Under the pieces are notes generated by a model. It did not search any database. It was not told the origin of the DNA and worked only from the letters and a program-made list of their open reading frames with translations. A program made the position numbers and the translations under genes. A stretch of DNA of 64,000 bases. Source: the human T2T-CHM13v2.0 reference genome, Homo sapiens. The DNA lies in NCBI RefSeq assembly GCF_009914755.1, contig NC_060926.1; one strand, given 5' to 3'. Positions 52,924 to 64,000 of the stretch are shown here, one piece after another; position 1 is the stretch's first letter; every line of letters starts with the position of its first letter.

Positions 52924-54482
52924 GGATTCCAACCATGCAGACCCAGAAACAGTGTCAACCTATGACTGAGCTTCATCAGAGTGACAGAAAATGCTTCTCC
53001 ATCCTCATCTCCACCCCCAACTAGGCTCACAATTGTTGAGTAACAGGTCAAAGCAGTGTCTTCTGGGGGACTGAACAGAATTTGGAAGGAAACTTAAATG
53101 TGAGGATACAGCAGATATTAAGAAATGCTGCTGAACCAGTCCAACCTGAAACACAAAGTAATGCTAGATGAGCGTGAAACTTATGGTGCCCTGGAAATAA
53201 CTCTAAGAGGGAAAAGTCCCAAAACCAAATCAACTCCTGACTAGATTGATTCAACCTCCTCCCCCAAAACACACACATACAGCCTAGTAAAAGGGAACAC
53301 ATGTGGGTTTTGATTTCTACATTAGTCTACTCTACATAGTTCACTTTTTGGGTAAAACTTACCAGACATGTATAGAAACAGAAAAGATACATAAAGGAAA
53401 CACTGTTAAGAGACTAAGCAATAAATAAAGCCAGATTCAATGTGGCAGAGGTGTTGGAATTATCTTTCAAGTAGATCTTATGCGTACTGTTCTAGAAGCC
53501 CTTAGTAGGATATAAAGTCCCTTTTTTATTATACTTATATGACAAGAGTCATTTTATCCTCTTATATAAAAGATATTTCCAATTCACATTCATCTCCATA
53601 TTGGCAGTTACATTTTTGACACTTTACAAATATTAGTCCACCGTCTTATACTTACATTTATGATTTATGATTGTGGAGCAGTCTGTTGTCATTCTATTAA
53701 GTGTTCCCTCACAATGAAACAGTTTATTTTGGCTGCTTTTAAGAGATTCTTTATCTTTGGTGGTGGTTTCAAACTTAAAATATCATAATGAATCAGCCAC
53801 CAAAGACAGAGAAATACTAAAAATCAGTCAAAATATATTGTTTTGCACATTCAAAACAAAGTAAATTTATGTTTTACACATCCAAAATGGGGATTGTTTG
53901 GCTTCCTGAATTCAATAATGTATTTGTTTACTCTGAAAAAATTATCAAACATTATATCCTTGAATATGTACTCTCCTCATCTTCTCTACTTAGCTCCCCT
54001 TTGTGCTACAGTCAATCACACATTATGCTGTTTATAAAGGACATACGTGATACTCTCATCCTCCATATGTCACTACTACTCTCCTAGTTTACCTCTATTT
54101 GTCCATCTGTGAAGCCCTCATGACATCTCTTTACATCTATTATCCAGTTCACATTTTCTGCAGCTTCATTTAAGTTGCTAAGCAAAGTTTTCACTAAACA
54201 GCAAATTTTACTTATTTCACTTTTTATTAATATAAATTATAATTTTTATTCTTCAATGACTGCCGAATGTGAAAAAATTCATGTATATGTTATATATATT
54301 TACATATGTATGTGTTATATAGACATACACAAAATTGCTATTGGTAACGGTGGTTTTCATAGGAGTCTATAGCTACTGGAGATTTCATTGTTCCTTAAAG
54401 ATATTATATTTCCTTAAAAATATTTTCTTAAAGATATTCTATTTCTTAATTTATAATAAGGATAATTCTTATGCTTTTATTA

Positions 54483-54623
<141 letters not shown>

Positions 54624-54999
54624 CTACAGAGCCAGAAAATATATATATAATATATGAATTGACAGTAATACATTAATACATTAAAACCAGAGATCAAGTC
54701 TTAAAAGCAACAGCAAAGTGCATTTCCAGTCTAGTTCAGTGACTATTAGAATTAAAGCCAATTTCAGGCAAAACATTTCCAAAAACATAAGAAAAAAAAA
54801 AGAAAAAGGAGAAAAAATATTCCAGACTTCTGAAGACATTTATTAAAATCATAAATTGATGGTATCCTCTTTCCCATCCTTTGATGAGTAAAATATTCAA
54901 GTACTCCAAAAATTATCCACAAATTTGGTATTTGAGGGTTCATTTGTTGTAAACTCAGTGGTTCTTGATGAGAGGAAGTTTAAAGTGTGTTTATGGAGA

Positions 55000-57900
55000 T
55001 TAGCCAAGGTGTCGAATCAATCATTTCCTCTCTTCTGGTGAAATCTAATCAAGAACCCTAACGGCTATCCCAAACTCCAAGAAATGTACAACCTTTTCAA
55101 AATGAGTGTGATTTTTCAGAGATTCAATATAAAGAGGTACAAGGAGCCAAGCTCATTCTTCTCTGGGACACACAGAGTGGCTTTGGAACTGGCTGTGAAG
55201 ATGTCTGAAAGCTACTACCGCTATATGGTGAGGCCCTGATCCCTGATCAGACTTTATATTATTACTTCTACAGCAAGTATCAGTGAGACCATAAGTATAT
55301 TTCTAGGGTGAGAACACAGCTAACAGAGGAGGAGTTCCTGCTAGTTTTCCAATCCAAAACAGACTGCCCTACGTTGAATTTTTCAACAAACTGAGCTTGT
55401 TTCTATGAAATGATGTCATTTGCTTAATTAGTAAAAATGTTTTTACTCTTATTTTGTTATCCTGTCTTCCTACATACTTGTGAACTACAGTGAAGATTAA
55501 TTTTACTTGTATCATTTATGTATTCATTAGTTGTTCCTATGTATTCTAAGAACTCAGAAAATAGTTTTCAGATATCTTGCAATTTTATACTTGTATATCC
55601 TAAATTTTATGGAGAATATTTTATTCCATATGTTGTGTATAAATGTATTACCTTCAATTCTGAAGGTGGCACATAAATATATGCACAAGACAAAATATTC
55701 TATAATATACAATTTAGGTAATATGTTGAATAATTTGAGGGTAATATTGTGTTTTAGAATATACTAAATGCCTCTTTAGCATTTTTGGGTGAAATCTGAT
55801 CAAATTTTGGGTGAAATCTGATCTGATGAAATTTCACCAAATGTTCAGTAAATAAATATTGCTTATTTATTTAGAAATTATTTTGCAGTGGTGGCTTGTG
55901 ATTGAGGATTTTCGAAATACTTTAAAGGAGAAAATTATGACATCAAAATGAAATAATGAGAGTAAAATCTCAGTGAAATACAGTTTCCTAAACCAATCAC
56001 TTTTTTCTTTTGTACTAAATCGATCTTTCCTAAACCAATCACAATGAGCATTAAGAATGGTTTTCAGAATATTCAGGACCCATCATCTATGGTGTAAATT
56101 GGTCCCAATTTCATACTCTTAAACCTCAAGCTTTTTGGAGTAAAGTCAAAACTCAACAAAATGGAGGTTTCTTTTCTCCTTTTCTTTCTTTTCTTTTCTC
56201 CTTCCTTCCTTCCTTCTTTTTCTTTCTTTTTGTGACAGGTATTGTTTTATTGCCCAGGCTGAAGAGCAGTGGCTCAATCTCAGTTGACTGCAACCTCAGG
56301 GTTCAAGCGATTCTTCTGCCCAGTCCCCTGAGTGACTGGGATTACAGGCGTGTGCCACTACTCATGGCTGGTTTTTGTATTTTTAGTAGAGATGGGGTTT
56401 CCCCATATTGGCCGGGCTGGTCTCCAACCTGATCTACCAGCCTTGGCATCCCAAAGTGCTGGGATTATAGGTGTGAGCCACCATTTCTGGCCTCTCTGAG
56501 GTTCATTTTTCTATACAAAAGAAAAGGGTAGGATGTAGTGCCCTGTGAGTTATGCATGCATCTGACAATTTTACCTACAGATCTGAGAGCTCTCTTTGTG
56601 CCTCAGGTTCTATTTTTGTCTTATGCAAAATAAAGCCTATTCTACTCTAGACAGAAGTGTATCATTGAGTCACAACCTGAGTCAAATTTTGCTTTGGTCT
56701 TTGTTTCTCAGGGCATAAGATGAAGAAGTTTGAATCATACCTTTCCTAATTTCCTTCCTTCAGGAAATTGGTCTCAGACATCACACAAGCCTTCCAGAAA
56801 GAAAGAATCCATCTGCCTCTTCTGTCTGAACTAATGTGTAGACCCCATTGCCACAGGCTGCAGCCCCAGCTTCTGTAGGCCCTGTCTCTGCCTTTCCTAG
56901 GAAGAAACCAAAATTCCTACCTGCTGCCCACATGCTGGGAACTGTCACAGCAGGAGGACTTCAAAACCAATATTCTTCTGAAGAATCTAGTGTCCGTTGC
57001 CAGAAAAGCCAGTCTCTGGCAATTCCTGAGCCCTAATGAACAAATGCGTGGGATCCACAGGGAGACAAAGAAGATATTTGGAGAGGTGGAAAAAGAGCCT
57101 GATTCATTTGCTGTGCTGGAACTCTCAGGAGCATGGGGTTCACACACACTGTGAGGGGCAGCTAAGGAACACTGGGTAAGTGATGGCTCTGAGAGCACTT
57201 TGAAAGCTGGAGGATGGCACAGGTAAAGAGATTAGGGGAAGATGAAGAGCATGATGATTAATCTGCTCTGTACTGGATGTCGTGTAGTGCCTAGGTATCA
57301 ATGATAAAATAATAAATATAATCTGAGTGTGCTTTCCTTCCTGGAGCTTACATTTCACTGAGGGAGTGATGAAGTTAATAATCATTGTAATAATTTGACT
57401 ACTTGATGCAGTGTTCAAGGCACTGTAAAGAGCTCAATATCAGAAGAGTTTCTGGCTATCCAAACTACAAGTTAAAAAGTCTTTTCTATAAGAAACCTAT
57501 TTACCAACACTGGAAATAATAGAATAAAACACGTTAGAATTAGCAGGGCACGGTGTCAGTAGATTCCAATTCTGATGCAAGGTGCCACATTATCTGTAAA
57601 TTAGCCCTGCCTATGATTTTCCTATTAAACTTGCTGCGTTACACGTTGTGGTTCTACAGTCCGAGATCTTCCCAAATCTCTTTCATATCTCATCCCTTGA
57701 TTTCTTTATCACTGGGGGTCTGAAACCTAAAATGATTTGCTTCTCTGATGTTCACATTCATAGTTCTTTTACAGGAGAAGATTATGAAGCAAATGAGATG
57801 TTTGTGGGCAAAAATTCAAGAAAACCAAAGAAATTTAAATGAGGAAAGCAGGAAAACCAACCAGTGGATTGCAAGTATTAGGCCTTTTCCCTCAGAGTTA

Positions 57901-58859
57901 GCCTCAGACAGACATGCTAGAAATGTATCCACTTATCACTTGAATGGAAATCATCTTGGTAGATTTGAGGAAGATTTTTCTCATGGCTTCCAATCCTGAG
58001 GGTACAATGCAGCATTGATTAATGCTCAGGGAGAGTGGTCAAGCTATGGAGTAGGAAGACCTGGTACTAAAAACTAATTTAAAAACACAGAGATCATAAC
58101 ACTGCAAAAAATTATTTGTGAATCAACCATAAATTCCAATGGCTCTCATGTAGGCTTTCAGATATCAATGGATATATATTGAAGAAACGATCAATAATAA
58201 CCTTTCTTCAGGTGTTTTAGGAAGTCATATAATGAATGAAAGTGGTTTGAGGAACGAATGAATTTGGCTTTCAGTATTATTAAGAAACAATACAAATAAA
58301 TGAAAGGAAGACAGGAATGATCTATTTCATGGTTCTGTCAAGTGGGAAGACACGAGTTTATGTACTTAGCTTATTGGTAGAATACATGAGTCAGGCTAGG
58401 CTCAGTGGTTCATGTCTGTAATCCCAATACTTTGGGAAGACCACTTGAGACCAGGAGTTTCAAACCAGCCTGGCCATCAACATAGTGAGACCCTGATCTT
58501 TATTATACAGAAAAGATGAAAGAGATAAAGAAAAGGAAATGAGTCAAAGTGAATAGAAGAGGTATAAGTGGAGGAGGATGAATTCAGAGTAAATATGTCA
58601 TCTAGGAAATCTAGGTCCCTGCAGTGCTATGTGTAGCTATGGGCAGAGATGACTACAGCTGAGTAGAGGAAGCTGCATTCAGTTCCCCATGAGAAGTAAA
58701 ACAACACTTAGAGAAACTTACAACCATGATGACAGAAAGATTTTACAGCAACTTAAGAAAAGCAAAAAGACAAAATGGTTCAGAAAAAAAAAACACCTAA
58801 GAAAAATCTATAAGGAGCTGATAAAAATGTGCCATAAACTAGATATGGAGCTGCTCCAG
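55000..58859 (+). pseudogene. TRIM43-like unprocessed pseudogene, right-arm copy: promoter ~55000-55145, exon1 ~55148-55307, exon2 56764-57175, exon3 57775-57870, exon4 58625-58859; truncated after exon 4
   Basis: Start ATG>TTG (56768), TAA 56832, frameshifts, exon3 donor GC, exon4 donor GA; [21 protein letters not shown]. Confidence 0.9.
56170..56491 (-). mobile_element. AluS, mirror of 5250-5632
   Basis: Antisense Alu with the same internal deletions. Confidence 0.9.
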
Positions 58860-58918
58860 GAAAGAACCAATAATATGCCTAAAAAAATTTTGTAGTATTT
58901 GAAGTTCATACCTTACAA

Positions 58919-59131
58919 CAAGCTTGCCCAACCCACGGTCCGTGCGGCCAAGGACGGCTTTGAATGTGGCCCAACACAAATTCCTAACCTTTCTTGAAAC
59001 ATGAAGAGATTTTTGTTTGTCATTTTATTAAAGCTCATCAGCTATAGTTAATCTTAGTGTATTTCATGTGTGGCCCAAGACAATTCTATTTCTAATGAGG
59101 CCCAGGGAAGCCAAAAGATTGCACACCCCTG
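58919..59131 (-). mobile_element. MER30, mirror of 2588-2810
   Basis: CAAGCTTGCCCAACCC...CCCAGGGAAGCCAAAAGATTGCACACCCCTG. Confidence 0.85.
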
Positions 59132-59579
59132 GCTTAGGTGATATTATTTATTCAACACCATAGATATGTGTGTGTGTGGGGGGTATATATATATGTATAT
59201 GTGTGTATACATACATATATGTACCATATATATCATATATGTATCTCCTGCTTCTAAGAGGGAGGAACTTTTCCAAATAGAAATAACATAGGTGAAATGT
59301 AATTCTTATCCTAACCATGAACAAGCAAGCTTTTTTGGAATCTTTGAGTGGATGTAATTTTATATTCCCCTTTATCAAACACTGACCACAGGGAATATTC
59401 CCCTCTAATAAGCTTCTTTTGTAGCTTTTTTCTGAAAAACTGGACAAATGTAATGTGGGAGTCAGACAGCATGTGTCACTAAGCTGAGAGCAGTGACATA
59501 TGCAGGTGACATTCGCATGTCCTGGCAGCATTGTCCAGCAAAGTCTTCCTTTCTTTGGGGATGGACCCTCCCTCCTCAC

Positions 59580-59810
59580 CTGGAGCAGCTCCACGTCAGG
59601 CATGAGGCACGTCTCCCACAGCTCTCTGTACATGTCTTTCATCCTTTCTAAATGTTGGGTCATTCTCACTTGACTGTCTTGTAGTTGTTGGAAAAGCTAT
59701 TTGGCTTCGCTGTCCAGTGCCTGCAGATGAAGTTGCTTCTCCTCATCGAGAAATAGATGCATCTTTTGATATTGAATATTGATTATCACCTTACTTAATG
59801 ACACATAGTT
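59580..59810 (-). pseudogene. Orphan TRIM64-like coiled-coil exon (231 nt)
   Basis: CAG|AACTATGTG...CTCCAG|GTGAGG; NYVSLSKVIINIQYQKMHLFLDEEKQLHLQALDSEAK*LFQQLQDSQVRMTQHLERMKDMYRELWETCLMPDVELLQ resembles TRIM64 as recalled. Confidence 0.85.
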
Positions 59811-60399
59811 CTGCGGAGACATTTGGTTAAAAGGATTACATACTCTCACTCTCAACAGAAAACTTCAAATAATTATATGCTGGGTGTAATCAAGCAATCT
59901 ATAAACTTTCTGCCTCACTCTTGCAAGGAGTCTTGAATATTTGTTATTTCTTTCTGTCCTTCTTTTTCAATGTTCCTATTCTCTCTCCCTCTTTAAATCA
60001 AAACCTATATAAAGACTTCTAGTTTCTCTTCCTGAGATGCTTCTTCACAGTTCTTACTGAGTCAACTATCTCCTCTATTAATCTCCCTTTTAGGATTTTT
60101 CCATGTCTGATTCGCCTAAATATTAAAAAACATTTAGCCATACACCATATTATGCAGATTGATTTTTCCTTTTACTGTATTTTTACTCTATATACTATTT
60201 TATATACTATTCTATTTCTTTCCTCTTCCTTACACCCAATCTTGGTGAAATGTCTCATCTCCAGTGTCTGAAAAGGTTTATACCAACCTTCAAATTTGAA
60301 CTAGAATACATATCATACCATTTATCCAATAAACTAGAATTAATTTGGTTAGCTTGTGTGGGCTTCTCTATTTGCAATTCCTATTATATCAATTATATC

Positions 60400-60489
60400 A
60401 AACCCCCTCTCTACTAAAAATGCAAGAAAAAAACTAGCCAGCGACAGAGCCAGACTCCTTTCAAAAAAAATAAATAAATAAAGATAAAA
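60400..60489 (+). mobile_element. Internally deleted Alu remnant
   Basis: AACCCCCTCTCTACTAAAAATGCAAGAAAAAAACTAGCCA joined directly to GCGACAGAGCCAGACTCC and A tail. Confidence 0.8.
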
Positions 60490-60610
60490 CTTCTGTTCTG
60501 AAGAAACTTAATCATCTATGTTAACACCCACCTACGCCCTGTGAAATGCAATCAATTGGAAGAAAGGGGTGTGGTCTTCAGAGATTTATAAACCGACACT
60601 TCAGGAGCCA
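60490..60610 (+). promoter_or_regulatory. TRIM43: TRIM43 core promoter
   Basis: AAACTTAATCA 60504-60514 and AAATGCAATCA 60544-60554 (DUX4-like), CACCC 60525, GGGGTGTGG ~60566 (KLF-type), TTTATAAA ~60585. Confidence 0.7.
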
Positions 60611-60764
60611 AGCTCATTCTTCTCCAGAGCCCACAGAGTAGCTTTGCAACTGGCTTTGGGGACTTCCGAAAGCTACCAGCACTGCACTGTGAGACTCTCA
60701 TCCCTGAGCTGAATTCATCTGATTCGACGGCAAGCTTTGGTGAGAACATAGATATATTTCTGAG
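60610..60764 (+). other. TRIM43: TRIM43 non-coding exon 1 (TSS approximate)
   Basis: AAGCTCATTCTTCTCCAG...TTTCTGAG|GTAAGT consensus donor; homologous to the other exon-1 copies. Confidence 0.75.
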
Positions 60765-60974
60765 GTAAGTACACAATTTCCAGAGTAGGAGCTACTATTA
60801 GGAGCTACAAACCAAAACAAAATTTGGGGACTTTAATTTATCTGCAAACTTAGATTATTTTTAGATGAAATGATCTCATTTTCTGAGTTTTAAAAACGGC
60901 TCCATTTCTTTTTTAAAATTATTTTAAACATAATCCATAGGTTTATGGATTAAACATGGGCCACCATGTTCAGC

Positions 60975-61820
<846 letters not shown>

Positions 61821-62009
61821 TCTAGTGCCTGTTATTGCATGATACTTACTCTTTTCCTGACTGTGTGAAAGAGTAATGATAATGCTTCAATTATCATTAT
61901 CTTTTTGTAAATTGAATTAATTGTCTTTTAAGGATGTTGTAATATTAACTAGTATATCCCCAAATTAACAGACTGTCCAGGAACAGTAAACATGCCAGAA
62001 AGTTTTTGT

Positions 62010-62020
62010 TGATTAAATTA
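62010..62020 (-). promoter_or_regulatory. Consensus DUX4 motif in TRIM43 intron 1
   Basis: TGATTAAATTA = TAATTTAATCA; TRIM43 is an established DUX4 target. Confidence 0.6.
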
Positions 62021-62638
62021 ACATAGTAGCCTAGAAAAACAATGATTCTTAGCTTTACCTTGGAGAGGTGCCTTACCTTGATTTGACTGTTTTTCCTTGG
62101 AGAGTAAAGGCTAGCTTTTTCTGATTTGGGTCAAAGTATGAGTTCTGCTCTAACATTTTCAAGCAATGTCCTTCTGGAAAAGTCATTATGGATGGTTGTT
62201 ATAGTTAAATAAAATAATGAGAGTAGAAGAGCTTAGTTAGCTTTCCTTCTTTAAACCAATCACTGGCAATTAAGAGTGTTACTGATTTTCAGACCATTCA
62301 AGACTCAAACCTTGAGTTTACAGGTTGATGAAACCCTTGAAGCCCAAGCAATTTGGTGGATACTAACACCTCAAAAAATCCGACATTCTTCCATGCAAGA
62401 AAGTAGAGTTTGGAAAGCTGGTCATGTGTTGATTGGAGAACAGTCACTTTTTATAGAGGTTGATGTCTCTTTGTGCCTTAGTTTTCTGTTTTTCCTATTT
62501 CTGTCATTGCAGATTAAAGCCTATACTTCTTTAGAAAGAAAGGATATTATTCGATCACGATCTGATTCAAACTTTGCTTGGATCTTTGTCTCTCCAGGGT
62601 AGAAGATTAAATTCCTGTGGTTTTCTTTCCTTAGGAAA

Positions 62639-63049
62639 ATGGACTCAGACTTCTCACATGCCTTCCAGAAGGAACTCACCTGCGTCATCTGTTTGAACTA
62701 CCTGGTAGACCCTGTCACCATCTGCTGTGGGCACAGCTTCTGTAGGCCCTGTCTCTGCCTTTCGTGGGAGGAAGCCCAAAGTCCTGCAAACTGCCCTGCA
62801 TGCAGGGAACCATCACCGAAAATGGACTTCAAAACCAATATTCTTCTGAAGAATTTAGTGACCATTGCCAGAAAAGCCAGTCTCTGGCAATTCCTGAGCT
62901 CTGAGAAACAAATATGTGGGACCCATAGGCAAACAAAGAAGATGTTCTGTGACATGGACAAGAGTCTCCTCTGCTTGCTGTGCTCCAACTCTCAGGAGCA
63001 CGGGGCTCACAAACACCATCCCATCGAAGAGGCAGCTGAGGAACACCGG
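62639..63049 (+). CDS. TRIM43: TRIM43 first coding exon (RING + B-box), 137 codons
   Basis: TAG|GAAAATG acceptor; [38 protein letters not shown]...CPAC, B-box [32 protein letters not shown]; donor CGG|GTAAGA; [12 protein letters not shown] favours TRIM43 over TRIM43B as recalled. Confidence 0.93.
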
Positions 63050-63664
63050 GTAAGAGATAGCTCTGTGATCACCTGAAAGCTGGAGGGTGGCAGAGTTAAA
63101 GATATTAGAAGGATGATGAGAATCATGGTGATTACTCCATTCTTTACTGAGTGCCAGGTGCTGTTCTAGGTACCAATGATGACATTTTGAATAAAATGTG
63201 CAACTCTACCTTCCTTCATGGAGCTTGCACCCAAAAAGAGACTGATTAAGTAAATGTCATTATTATTGACTCTACAGTTCAATGCTAATGACATTGAAAA
63301 GCTACCAAAACTACCAGTGCAAAGAAAGGTATTTTGGAAATATATTTAATATTACTGGACAAATGAGTATGGGAGTAGCACACTACAAAATCAGGGGCTA
63401 GCATAGTGGGTTCTGAAGCAGGATGTTTCCCTGAACTAATTTAGCTGGGTTACAGGAAATCTTCACTCTTCAGTTCCCTAAGCTGTTCTACATTCTGAAA
63501 CCTCAAACTGAAAAATATCAATTAAGGATGAGCAATGAAAAATTTTGTTTTTTTCTCCTCTCACTAATGTATTTATATATTATCCCTTGCCTGTGTATAC
63601 CACTCAGATTGTGGAATCTTTGGCATTTGACTTTCTGTTGTTCAACCTTGTAATTCTTTTGCAG

Positions 63665-63760
63665 GAGAAACTCTTAAAGCAAATGAGGATTTTATGGAAA
63701 AAGATTCAAGAAAATCAGAGAAATCTATATGAGGAGGGAAGAACAGCCTTCCTCTGGAGG
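63665..63760 (+). CDS. TRIM43: TRIM43 second coding exon (coiled coil); gene continues beyond window
   Basis: GCAG|GAGAAA...TGGAGG|GTAAGT, 96 nt, [32 protein letters not shown]. Confidence 0.93.
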
Positions 63761-64000
63761 GTAAGTATGAGACCGTGAGTCCTCCTGACCAGCTTGAGAC
63801 AGGCATGCTGACAACATTTATATTAGCAACTTGAGTTGAAATTCTTATGCCAGATTTTGTCATGTGTTTATTCATAGGCTGGAAAACAACCAGACTGTTC
63901 AACATAACGATTGTTCAGGTTTTCTGTAAATGCTTTTCAGATAAGTAAAAAATAAATATAAATTCTGAAGGGCAAGTATGTGCTTAAAATTAATAAGTAT

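Noticed and set aside
59148-59669. 173-aa ORF as a novel protein
   Set aside because: End of the TRIM64-like exon read through intron, a duplication junction and a TA repeat

Overview
AT-rich primate genomic DNA, almost certainly human, dense in Alu/L1/LTR elements. The ORF at 62639 matches TRIM43 as I recall it, which would place the window in the 2q11.1 TRIM43 segmental-duplication cluster (recall, not a search). Contents: the 5' part of TRIM43 (+; promoter, exons 1-3); a complete unprocessed TRIM51/TRIM49-like pseudogene (+, 41.2-49.5 kb, probably TRIM51JP); two TRIM43-like pseudogenes and an orphan TRIM51-like SPRY exon in the arms of a ~10 kb inverted duplication (2.2-11.8 kb vs 48.8-59.4 kb); an orphan TRIM64 exon; and an inserted SATR-OR7E-SATR-HERV-E cassette (11.8-20.6 kb). 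Most short ORFs in the track are repeat-derived noise. I cannot support a wholly new gene system. Best observations: (1) a HERV-E remnant whose primer-binding site is replaced by a full-length CCA-bearing copy of its tRNA-Glu primer, fused directly into gag; (2) five homologous promoter/exon-1 modules with a positionally conserved DUX4-like motif, one of them orphaned; (3) a probable gene-conversion tract between SPRY exons; (4) a 237-bp templated inverted duplication inside the satellite.
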